The notes under the pieces are model-generated. The model had not been told where the DNA came from. It ran no database searches and saw nothing but the letters and a program-made list of their open reading frames with translations. Below, piece after piece: positions 27,719 to 35,947 of a DNA stretch of 62,490 bases. Position 1 is the stretch's first letter, and every line of letters starts with the position of its first letter. The position numbers were made by a program, and so were the translations under genes. This DNA is from a virus. Taxonomy: Duplodnaviria > Caudoviricetes. The DNA is taken from positions 1 through 62,490 of IMG/VR virus record IMGVR_UViG_3300036760_001531. One strand, written 5' to 3'.

Positions 27719-28777
27719 TTATCCTGCCGGGGTGTTAAAGGTGTTGGGATCGGTGGCTTCCCGGTCCCAATCGTAAGTCCAGAACTCGGTGAGGATCCAT
27801 TTAGGGGAATAGCCTGCGGCTATGCCCTTGAACCGATCCATAAAGGTTTTCGTGAACTTCGATTGAATATGGGTGTCCACGTAGGGGTAGCCGGTGAGCA
27901 AATCCGTATTTATGGGGACGAAGTGCCCGCCCCCGGTGCCATAGACCTGCTCTTTTCGCCGGGCGTTCTCCAACCAGATTTCTTCTCGCTCCGGGGTCCA
28001 GATGCCGGCGTTGACCCAGACGCTCCCGGTGATGGGCCCGGGCATCCCCACCGCATAGACGCTGAGGATATAAGCCGCCGGCCCCACCACGATGAGCCAG
28101 TCCCCCAGGTAGAAGACCACCGTGCCGTACTGCTGCTCCCTCATCCCGAAGATGTGCTTGGCCCGGTGAGGAAGTTCGATGGGGTTACCATCCGGCTCGA
28201 CAAACGGGTCATCTATGCCCGTCACTTCTTCCTGGATAGAGGCCCGGTAGAAGATGCTGTGCCAGGTGGTCTGGAACATGAACCAATTAAGCCAACCCGG
28301 GGTCTCGCCAATCGGTGATATCGGCTTTTGGTAGGGCACCCGGCCCCCGCCGATGGCGCGGTGCCATTGGATACGAAAAACATCCAGGCACTTCCGGGGG
28401 GCCTTGGAGTCCTGGCCGTAGGTCTGCGGTTCATTATGGCCGATGACGGCGTAAGGCACGTCGCCGTCCATCATCACCTTGACCGCCTGTCCGGCCCGGA
28501 AAGCCCAGGCCCCGTGATTCAGGGCACCACTCTCCCGTTTGGTGGCCACCTGGTCGTCGTAGTAACCCCGGCGGCAATGGTAGAAGATAGGCACCCCGGG
28601 GTAAGCGCCGCCGTCCACCTCCACGGTGCAGGTGTCATCCAGCGTCAGGGGATTGGTGGAGGACAAGCCGAAGTCCTTGATAATCCCCTCTTTGTAATGG
28701 ACCTGATAGACCTCGCCGAAGTTTTCGTGGTCCAGGCGATGCTCCAGGTCACTCTTGCTGGCGGCGCTCGGAGTCAT
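27719..28777 (-). CDS. Hypothetical tail-module protein
   Basis: Long ORF in operon orientation; N-terminal VPIFYHC...AF..G..V.V motif. Confidence 0.75.
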   Translation of the reverse strand: MTPSAASKSDLEHRLDHENFGEVYQVHYKEGIIKDFGLSSTNPLTLDDTCTVEVDGGAYPGVPIFYHCRRGYYDDQVATKRESGALNHGAWAFRAGQAVKVMMDGDVPYAVIGHNEPQTYGQDSKAPRKCLDVFRIQWHRAIGGGRVPYQKPISPIGETPGWLNWFMFQTTWHSIFYRASIQEEVTGIDDPFVEPDGNPIELPHRAKHIFGMREQQYGTVVFYLGDWLIVVGPAAYILSVYAVGMPGPITGSVWVNAGIWTPEREEIWLENARRKEQVYGTGGGHFVPINTDLLTGYPYVDTHIQSKFTKTFMDRFKGIAAGYSPKWILTEFWTYDWDREATDPNTFNTPAG

Positions 28778-28780
28778 GGC

Positions 28781-29479
28781 TTATTGGGTGCTCAATGACC
28801 ATTTCACGTTGCATCGAATCTTCTGCCCGGCGGTGTTGATTAGCTTGGCCTCCGGCAGTTCCTCCAGAAAGACCAGCTTCTTGTGGGCGTCCCCGGCGAA
28901 CAGGGTACCGGTGTTGCTGACGGCCCACTTCACCCCGCCGACCCATATTTCCTCGTCGTTCTGGAAAGTGCCGGTCTTGGTTTTGATGAACAGATACCCG
29001 GCGGCGTCGTCGGTGGCCCAGGCCCCGGACGTGACCACCACGCCGGTCACGATGCCCGTAGCGGCAGAGGTGTGGCCGGTTACGGTGTCCCCTACCTTGA
29101 TGGGGCCTTCCGATTGCCCGGCGTCAAAGGGCACGACGTAGCAGAAGGCGAAGACGCCACGAACGGTATTGCCGTCAGCCACGTCCGCGGCGGCAAACTC
29201 CCATTCCAGGTAGGTATTGTGGTAGGCGCCTTCGGCCTTGCCGGCCGCGTTCAGGGACAGATACCACTTGTTGGCGGCCAGGGCGGTGGCAAAATCCTGC
29301 GTGAGAACCTTCTGAGCGTAGGTCCTACCCCCGCCGGTGGGCATCTCCTCAAGCTGAAGCATGGTCATGGATCCATCCGGGGAAACCACGTTCTTGTAAA
29401 GCCCCATAATCCACGCCTGAATTGCGAGGATTGCCCGCATCATTTCGATTTCAGATTCGTTTGGCACATAAAGGCTCAT
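28781..29479 (-). CDS. Tail protein, paralog C with insertion
   Basis: NESE...GLYKN...GG.TYA matches the 25382/25863 pair; extra G.TVTG.TS.ATG.V segment. Confidence 0.7.
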   Translation of the reverse strand: MSLYVPNESEIEMMRAILAIQAWIMGLYKNVVSPDGSMTMLQLEEMPTGGGRTYAQKVLTQDFATALAANKWYLSLNAAGKAEGAYHNTYLEWEFAAADVADGNTVRGVFAFCYVVPFDAGQSEGPIKVGDTVTGHTSAATGIVTGVVVTSGAWATDDAAGYLFIKTKTGTFQNDEEIWVGGVKWAVSNTGTLFAGDAHKKLVFLEELPEAKLINTAGQKIRCNVKWSLSTQ

Positions 29480-30795
29480 AGGTACTCTCCTTCGCCACCG
29501 ATGATTACGCCGCCGTAAACCTGGTGTTCCAGGGGGGCGGGTATGTAAATGCGTCCACGTTCAAAAATGTCGTGGAGGTCTGCATCAAAATCCCCCTTGG
29601 CGGAGCCAGAGAGGGAGATAACCGTTTGCTGGATGACGCCCTGCAGGAGCCGGCGAAACCCTGCTCCCCGGCTCATGGCATTTATCTTTAGCCGGTTTTC
29701 CGTGATATGGATGAGGTGCCCGTTATGTTTACCGATGATGGCGCCTTGCGGGGACATCCATACCGGACAGAGGGTGCGGGACTGTTTCGGCTCGTAGGCC
29801 CCGCCTTCCATCATGGTCCAGGTCAGGGTGCCGGGGATGGCGCCGCCGCCCACGTCCTCCAGGGTCATCTTGGCCGGGGTCGTCCCCTTCAGAAACCAGG
29901 TATTGGCAAGAGAACTGATGAACAGGCCCTCATTGACGGGGGCGATCAGGGTGATGTCCTCCAGGACCGGGAAGTACGATCCGGCCCGGAAGTTCTCGTA
30001 CAGGTACTCATCGCTGTAACAGACCTTCTTGCCGGAGGCCCCCCAAATGCGCCCATGGGCAAACGTCAGGGCGGTCATGGGGGGCGGTGGCTCCACTCCG
30101 AAGGTCGAAAGCGGTTGCGAATAATGGGGATTGGTGATGTAACCGCCCGGGTCCACCGGGGCCAGATAAAACTCGGTGCCATTGGGGTGGGTGATCCAGA
30201 CCAGGACATCGCCCGGCAAGTTTGTGAGGCGGATACCGGCGGTTCCCCCGACCCAGGAAATTTCGGCCACGGGACCGTTTCCCCCCAAGCGGTTCGGAGC
30301 CTCGAACCTGGTATAGCAGAGCTTGTAGATGCCCGGCGGCAAGTCGCCTTCGACCTGGGTAATGTCCGGCGCCAGGGGTAAGGGCAGGCCCCACCCGTGC
30401 ACCTGGTCCTGGCCCAGGTCATAGACTCCCTGCCAATAACCATTGGAGGCATAGACGTGGCCATCAACTTCCACGAAATCCATCCGGGCCCGGGCCGGTC
30501 CGGAGACCTGGCAGAGCTCCCGGGCCGAAGCCGCCTCCACTCTGAACAGGGAAGGAGAGCCGGCAGCCCCGGTGGCGACACACAGGTTGGGCGATTCGCC
30601 CCATAGAGAATGAGCCCCCGGCAGGTTGATGAGTTTGCGATAGCATCCCCGAAGGGCCACCACGCCATCATCGAAGACATCGGCATTCAAGACTACCTGG
30701 GGCGTCGCCCGCTTGGTGTCATCCAAGAAGTAGCCTGGCGACTTCTTCAGGTTGGACATCCCGTTGAAGCCGTAGGCCACCAACTGTTTCGCCAT
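29476..30795 (-). CDS. Tail nozzle/stabilisation protein (tubular protein B-like)
   Basis: N-terminal F.GM.N, propeller-like GRIWGA...YSD strands; follows the adaptor. Confidence 0.65.
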   Translation of the reverse strand: MAKQLVAYGFNGMSNLKKSPGYFLDDTKRATPQVVLNADVFDDGVVALRGCYRKLINLPGAHSLWGESPNLCVATGAAGSPSLFRVEAASARELCQVSGPARARMDFVEVDGHVYASNGYWQGVYDLGQDQVHGWGLPLPLAPDITQVEGDLPPGIYKLCYTRFEAPNRLGGNGPVAEISWVGGTAGIRLTNLPGDVLVWITHPNGTEFYLAPVDPGGYITNPHYSQPLSTFGVEPPPPMTALTFAHGRIWGASGKKVCYSDEYLYENFRAGSYFPVLEDITLIAPVNEGLFISSLANTWFLKGTTPAKMTLEDVGGGAIPGTLTWTMMEGGAYEPKQSRTLCPVWMSPQGAIIGKHNGHLIHITENRLKINAMSRGAGFRRLLQGVIQQTVISLSGSAKGDFDADLHDIFERGRIYIPAPLEHQVYGGVIIGGEGEYL

Positions 30796-30806
30796 GTTAT
30801 CCCTCG

Positions 30807-31469
30807 TTAAGGCAACGGCTGGCGGCCGCCGTGTCGCCGGACACCTCTTTGCGCCACCAGCCAAGGCACCATACCAACCTCCCCCCTCGGGCTTCCGTAA
30901 AGGCCATTAGAGTATTCCCCCTGCCAGTACGTCAGGGATCTGTGAGGCATATCCACGCCCATGTCCATAATCACCGGGAAGGCGATAATGACGACCTTGG
31001 GGATGATCACCCGGCGCTGGAATTGCGGCGGGATGCACACCACGGGGTCGTTTGGCATGTCCAGCACTTCGGGTTTATCGCAGAACCAGAGCCGGGCCGT
31101 GTCGTTGGCTTTGGGAAAGACTCCCAGCTTGCGGTCCTTCACGGCCACATGGGTAATCGCCTCTCCGGTTTCGTCATGGTCAATGTCCCTGGTATCAAGA
31201 TCACTGTGGTCCCGCAGGATGGTGACGGGCTGCCAGTCCTGGTTGCGGCACTTAACAAGGCCCTTGAGATAGACCTCCGGCAGGTCGTAAAGCCAGGCCG
31301 CGGTGGTCACGGGTAGATTGAACGGCTCACTACGCTCCAGGGCAGGTAGGTGATTCTCCGTCGCGATGACCAGGATGGCCTCATTAATCCAGGTTTTGAA
31401 GAAATTCACCTTGAGATGGTCATCCCTGACATGCAGATAGATTTCGTTTTCCAATTCCTGGAGAGTCAT
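30807..31469 (-). CDS. Head-tail adaptor (tubular protein A-like)
   Basis: MTL.EL...WINEA...YDLP...L.VFP...IP..F pattern typical of podovirus adaptors. Confidence 0.75.
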   Translation of the reverse strand: MTLQELENEIYLHVRDDHLKVNFFKTWINEAILVIATENHLPALERSEPFNLPVTTAAWLYDLPEVYLKGLVKCRNQDWQPVTILRDHSDLDTRDIDHDETGEAITHVAVKDRKLGVFPKANDTARLWFCDKPEVLDMPNDPVVCIPPQFQRRVIIPKVVIIAFPVIMDMGVDMPHRSLTYWQGEYSNGLYGSPRGEVGMVPWLVAQRGVRRHGGRQPLP

Positions 31470-31481
31470 GGCCTTCCCTAC

Positions 31482-31763
31482 TTATCGCTTCTTGGACTCA
31501 TGCACTTCCCGCATGAGCTCTTTGGTGGTGTATTTCCCCTTCCCGGGAACCTTGAGGGTGATCTTCTCCATCTGCAAAGAGAAGCTGGAGGTGTCCGCAT
31601 CTTGCCGGATGCTGGAAACCTTGCCGGTGACCACCACGGTGACCTCGTCGTCCACCGACAGGTCCCCGAAACCATCCGGCTGCTTCATGCCACCCTCGCC
31701 GAAGTCGAAAGAGACGCGTTGGCGCCATTCTTTATCAACTTCAGGGATGCTTTTACTCATCAT
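31482..31763 (-). CDS. Small OB-fold-like hypothetical protein
   Basis: AGGAGG SD; L.VDDEVTVVVTGKVSSI. Confidence 0.7.
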   Translation of the reverse strand: MMSKSIPEVDKEWRQRVSFDFGEGGMKQPDGFGDLSVDDEVTVVVTGKVSSIRQDADTSSFSLQMEKITLKVPGKGKYTTKELMREVHESKKR

Positions 31764-31908
31764 CGCCTCCTTGCCCTGAGCGCTTCCGCCCCCATTGCGT
31801 GCCACACCGGGGACACCTAATATCCGCGTCCTTGTAAATCCGCGGGTCCGGGTCCGTCACCAGCCGGCAATTCGGATTGGGGCAGATGCGCACCTTGCCT
31901 TCGGTCAT
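31753..31908 (-). CDS. Small zinc-ribbon protein (51 aa)
   Basis: Hand translation MTEGKVRICPNPNC...CPRCG; fills the gap. Confidence 0.6.
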   Translation of the reverse strand: MTEGKVRICPNPNCRLVTDPDPRIYKDADIRCPRCGTQWGRKRSGQGGDDE

Positions 31909-31911
31909 GCC

Positions 31912-32430
31912 CTACACCGTGACCGCCGCCGCTTCCGGAGCGGGAGGCGGAGCCGCAGGCCGCGCCGGAGGCTTCCGTGCCGGCTGTTTTTTCGCCCCCG
32001 GTTTCTTCGCCGTCTGCTTGGCTCCGGCCTTCTTGGTTTGGGGCTTCTCCGCCTTTTCCTGGGCGATTTGCCGCTTGGTGAACCACAGCAACGCCGCATC
32101 CAGCATCGGCCCCGGCTTCAAGGCCTGAGTCAACTGCGAGGTGTTGATGATGGGGGACCCGTCCTCGAAGACACAGGAGCCATCCGGCTCTATCAGAATC
32201 TTGAGAGGCGGGTTCCCTTCCCTCTCATGGCGGTGCTCGAACCAATCCAGGGCATCTGCCAGGAATTCCACCGGGACAGCCTTGCGCAATTCCGCCTCGT
32301 TCTTCACCGGTAGGCCGGAGATATGCACGTAGGCCCCGTTGGTGCATAGCGCGATATGGTAGGGCGGCTCGTGAAATGACCGCTCCACCTCCAGAGTGCC
32401 GAATTGCTTGGTGGTAATGAGTTGGCCCAT
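31912..32430 (-). CDS. Hypothetical protein with histone-like K/A/P tail
   Basis: GAGGA SD; C-terminal KKAGAKQTAKKPGAKK. Confidence 0.75.
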   Translation of the reverse strand: MGQLITTKQFGTLEVERSFHEPPYHIALCTNGAYVHISGLPVKNEAELRKAVPVEFLADALDWFEHRHEREGNPPLKILIEPDGSCVFEDGSPIINTSQLTQALKPGPMLDAALLWFTKRQIAQEKAEKPQTKKAGAKQTAKKPGAKKQPARKPPARPAAPPPAPEAAAVTV

Positions 32431-32446
32431 AATTCCTCTTTCCGGC

Positions 32447-32833
32447 CTACTGGCCGATTACTTCCAGGTTAAGGACTGTGGCGGGCACAGTCACATTGCC
32501 GAGTTCGACCAGAGGCATCAAACCCGGAGTGGATTGGGTGTTGCTTTGAAAAATGCGAATGGTCCCATAGGGGGCTACGGGGTTGGTCGCCCTGACGGTC
32601 GGATCGTAACGATAATCATAACCGTCCGGAGGTTGGTCAATGCGAAGGCGTTTGACCACCTTCTTCATCCCAAGCTTGCGGAAATCCGGAACCGGGATGC
32701 CATAGGTGTCGTATTTCAAAGTCCCGTTGCCAAAGGCGATGGTCGGGAAACTTTTCACCCTGCCTTGAGGCGAATAGTCCATATCCTGTAACGATATGGT
32801 CGTGACCACATCAGTTATTGCGATTTCAGCCAT
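32447..32833 (-). CDS. Putative minor head/decoration protein
   Basis: Beta-rich, second gene after the MCP, strong SD. Confidence 0.65.
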   Translation of the reverse strand: MAEIAITDVVTTISLQDMDYSPQGRVKSFPTIAFGNGTLKYDTYGIPVPDFRKLGMKKVVKRLRIDQPPDGYDYRYDPTVRATNPVAPYGTIRIFQSNTQSTPGLMPLVELGNVTVPATVLNLEVIGQ

Positions 32834-32847
32834 AGTCCTTCTCCTTC

Positions 32848-32878
32848 AAAAAAGGGCCCCAGGGAGGCCTGGAGCCCC
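32848..32878 (-). terminator. Intrinsic terminator
   Basis: GGGCTCCAGG-CCTC-CCTGGGGCCC stem followed by T6 on the minus strand. Confidence 0.75.
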
Positions 32879-32890
32879 CGTTGAGGTTCG

Positions 32891-33391
32891 TTACGGGGTG
32901 CGGTCCACCAGTTGCCCCTGGTTGGGGATGTTCTCGCCCCGGTCAGAGACCCACATGAGGGGCTGGTAATCGCCCGCAATGCCGCCCCCGCCCGTAGCCG
33001 CCGTGGTGACCCAGATCGCCAGCACATCCCCTGCCTCGTAGTTGGCGGGCGGCTGCGAAGGGGGCACCGTCAAGGCCGGGGTATTGGAGACCTTTCTGAA
33101 ATATTCCTTCAGCGCCACGTCACCGTCTTCCAGGTTAATGGTGCCCAAGGCCACCTTGTTTCCCGCCACTCCCGCCGGATAACGGTAAAGGGTCAGGACC
33201 CCTTTGGCGGTCAAAGTGGCATAATTGAAGGTCACCGTAGGACGGAACCCAAAGGCCCGCGCAAAACCCGGGGTATTCATGGTTTTGAGCAAGACCACCG
33301 TGTTCAACGCGGCTTCCAGAACAATGGCGGTAGCCAGGGCAGCATCTGCGATAGCCGCATCAATTTCTTTAATTCCTTCGCCGTATAACAT
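32891..33391 (-). CDS. Putative capsid decoration protein
   Basis: Directly after the MCP, AGGAGGT SD, beta-rich, followed by a terminator. Confidence 0.7.
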   Translation of the reverse strand: MLYGEGIKEIDAAIADAALATAIVLEAALNTVVLLKTMNTPGFARAFGFRPTVTFNYATLTAKGVLTLYRYPAGVAGNKVALGTINLEDGDVALKEYFRKVSNTPALTVPPSQPPANYEAGDVLAIWVTTAATGGGGIAGDYQPLMWVSDRGENIPNQGQLVDRTP

Positions 33392-33407
33392 CTGCCTTAC
33401 CTCCTGA

Positions 33408-33433
33408 GGGGGAGACGGCCCTTGCCGTCCCCC
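33408..33433 (-). promoter_or_regulatory. GC-rich hairpin after the MCP gene
   Basis: GGGGGACGGC-AAGG-GCCGTCTCCCCC, no U-tract. Confidence 0.5.
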
Positions 33434-33448
33434 GTCATGATTTGCGGT

Positions 33449-34417
33449 TTACAGGCTGTCGAGCCGGATGATCTTGGCTTTACCGTCGTCGGGCAGGTTC
33501 CAGATCGCCCCGAACGCGATGACGCCCCACCAGGCCATGGCCTGTACGGTGCCGAAATTGCCCTGGAAGTTGGGGTTCATCCGCAGATGCGGTGCCACCG
33601 CTTCCAGGTAGGCCACCCCTTCCTTGCCGAAGACCACGCCTTCACCGAAAACCGAAGAGGTGCCGGCCACGTTGGAGAAGGCGGCGGCGCGGTTGACCTC
33701 AATCCAACGAATCTTGTGGGTCATCCCCATTTCGTTGTTGAAGAGGAGGTCGCCTTTGCCGAGGTACTGGTGCCACTGGATCAGACCCCGGTCATCGGTC
33801 AGGGACTCGATGTTTTTGTTGCAGGTGAGCCCGATGTAGTAGTTCTTGGTGTAGAAGGGGACGTGGATGGTGTCCCGCATATACGCAGAGATGAGTTTGC
33901 AGTGGTCCAGGGTCAGGGGGGCAACAGCCAAGGCCCCCGGCGTGCCGCTCGTCGCCCAGACCCCGCCGGTCAGGGAGGTGGGAGAGAACACGACCTTCAC
34001 CGCGGCGGCTTCCTGAAAGGCGTTCGCCGCCATGGTATCCATCACCCGGGTCATCTGGTCCTGCAGCTTCTCTTTCAGGACATCGCTGGGTTTGAACACC
34101 GACAGGTTTTCCGCCAGTTCGGTGAATTTCACCCCCCGGCCATAAGCCTTGAGGGTTATGGCCCGGTTCCCGAAGGTCAGTTTGTCGGTGGGGATCTGGC
34201 CGTCCTCTTCCGTCTCGGCGGAATCCGGATCGGGCAGTTCGTTGACGTGCATCAGGTTGACCGTTTCACCGGCGTTCCGCTTGAAGCCGATGCCCTGGTC
34301 ATTGGTGAAAGGGAAAACCACGCATTCCCCCAGCACCACCTTGTAGAGCTTTTTGCTCAACTGGTGGTTGCCGAGAATTCCCGTTTTCCCAATTTCATTC
34401 CAGGTGTGAGCATCCAT
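33449..34417 (-). CDS. Major capsid protein (HK97 fold, N4-gp56-like)
   Basis: 322 aa after the scaffold; GETVN...YG..V..TE...NNEMG...IRWIE...FG...AWWG pattern. Confidence 0.88.
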   Translation of the reverse strand: MDAHTWNEIGKTGILGNHQLSKKLYKVVLGECVVFPFTNDQGIGFKRNAGETVNLMHVNELPDPDSAETEEDGQIPTDKLTFGNRAITLKAYGRGVKFTELAENLSVFKPSDVLKEKLQDQMTRVMDTMAANAFQEAAAVKVVFSPTSLTGGVWATSGTPGALAVAPLTLDHCKLISAYMRDTIHVPFYTKNYYIGLTCNKNIESLTDDRGLIQWHQYLGKGDLLFNNEMGMTHKIRWIEVNRAAAFSNVAGTSSVFGEGVVFGKEGVAYLEAVAPHLRMNPNFQGNFGTVQAMAWWGVIAFGAIWNLPDDGKAKIIRLDSL

Positions 34418-34429
34418 CTTTTAAACCTC

Positions 34430-35407
34430 CTATCCTCGTATCCGCCGTTCCTCCTGGACTTCCCGCAAGATGCCGGCGGAGGTGTAGGGTTCGCTGTCAT
34501 CGGGTTTTTTGGGGGCAGGAGGACGGTTGTTGCCCTTTTCCAGAACGGCGTTGGCCTTTTGGGTCTTGAGAGCCTTTTCCCGCTCCGCGTCCGTCATTTG
34601 CACCACTTTGCCGGTGCGTTTCCGGACCTCAGCCACCACCCAATCCACTTGCTCCTGGAGGGGTTTGGTGTCGTATTCCTCCGGGAGCCTTTTCCTCATG
34701 TGCTCAAATTGGACGGAGTCCACCGAGTCTGGGTCAGCCATATCCAAGCCGACTTTGGCCGCCAGGTCGAAAGCCTGTTCCAAAGTGCTCGGCCCGGGTT
34801 TTGCCTCTCGGGTCTTTAACTTCTCTTCCACCCGGCGGTCGATGATCTCGTCCAAAGCCTTCGGATCCGGCATGGCGGGTTGTCCCGCTCCGCCGAGACC
34901 AGCCTTGCGCCAGGATCGGGCCACCTTTTTCTTGTATTCCGGGTCGAACTCGTCCAGTTCGTTGATCTCATCCAGGGCGGCCTCGATCCGGCCCTCCTGT
35001 TCAGCCTCCAATTCCTCGGCAGACTTGGCCGGGGCCACCGGCTTCGGAGGCGCTGCCTCCAGCTTTTGTTTGAGATCGTCCCGTTCGCGTTCGGCTGCTT
35101 CCAGGGCCTCGCGGTCCCGCTTGGCCTCTTCCGCTTTCTCCGTGGCGAAACGCTGGTGCTCTCGGGCCCCTTCCTCCGCCTCTTCCCACGATTTGTATTT
35201 CTTCTCCGGGGGTTTGGGCGGCTCCGGAGGTTCATCCCCGGCCGGTGGAGTTTCCGGAGGGGTTTCTTCGGGGCCTGGTTCGGCTTCCGCCTCCCGGGTC
35301 ACGATGGACTCGCCATCAAAAACCTGTTGAGGAAGCCCTGCCATCAGGTCAGCCGAAGAGTAGCCAACCTCTTCGATTTCGCCTTCTGCGGGTTTTTTGT
35401 CTGCCAC
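34430..35407 (-). CDS. Scaffolding protein
   Basis: GTG start with GGGAG SD; acidic Pro-rich N-terminus, KYKSWEEAE motif, coiled coil; precedes the MCP. Confidence 0.8.
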   Translation of the reverse strand: MADKKPAEGEIEEVGYSSADLMAGLPQQVFDGESIVTREAEAEPGPEETPPETPPAGDEPPEPPKPPEKKYKSWEEAEEGAREHQRFATEKAEEAKRDREALEAAERERDDLKQKLEAAPPKPVAPAKSAEELEAEQEGRIEAALDEINELDEFDPEYKKKVARSWRKAGLGGAGQPAMPDPKALDEIIDRRVEEKLKTREAKPGPSTLEQAFDLAAKVGLDMADPDSVDSVQFEHMRKRLPEEYDTKPLQEQVDWVVAEVRKRTGKVVQMTDAEREKALKTQKANAVLEKGNNRPPAPKKPDDSEPYTSAGILREVQEERRIRG

Positions 35408-35422
35408 GGTGTCTCCCTTTCT

Positions 35423-35544
35423 GCTGCGGGAGTCCTTGCGGGCCGCAGCCGGGGCAACAAAAAAGACGGCAATCAAGTGATCAGGCACCTGATTGCCGTC
35501 TTCTTTGCTCTTGCGTCCTTCAGTCGTTGGCCGACGACCGAAAG
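35423..35544 (-). promoter_or_regulatory. Three-hairpin leader upstream of scaffold/MCP, including a terminator-like stem
   Basis: Stems at 35518-35544, 35463-35502 (17 bp, then T-tract) and 35423-35449. Confidence 0.6.
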
Positions 35545-35566
35545 AACCCCAATTTTATTTTACTGC

Positions 35567-35947
35567 TCAGGCCGGAATCTCTTCCGAGGCGGCCTGTGGT
35601 TCCCTTATTAAATTAGCCAACGGTCCCAAAGCATGACGGGCCAGTTGATCCGCCAGCGCCGGGACGGGGTCTATCTTATTTCGCCAGCCAATGATGATTT
35701 TCTTGAAAGCCTGACATTGGGGGTCTGCCGCCGCCAATTCCACCAGCCGGGTTTTCAAGGCCTCCACCACCAAGACCAAGCCGGGATTGTCTCGTAAATC
35801 CGCTATGAGGTTGATGGCCTCTACGGTAGCCTGCTGTTTCTTTAGGGCCGCCTCATTCTGGCGTTGTTCCAGGGTCTTGACTTCCCGGGGCTGCCCGGTG
35901 CCGATTTCCACGTCTATCCCGCCGGCGCCCATGGGTTGATGTGCCAT
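35567..35947 (-). CDS. Hypothetical protein after the portal
   Basis: TAATG coupling with the portal gene. Confidence 0.7.
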   Translation of the reverse strand: MAHQPMGAGGIDVEIGTGQPREVKTLEQRQNEAALKKQQATVEAINLIADLRDNPGLVLVVEALKTRLVELAAADPQCQAFKKIIIGWRNKIDPVPALADQLARHALGPLANLIREPQAASEEIPA

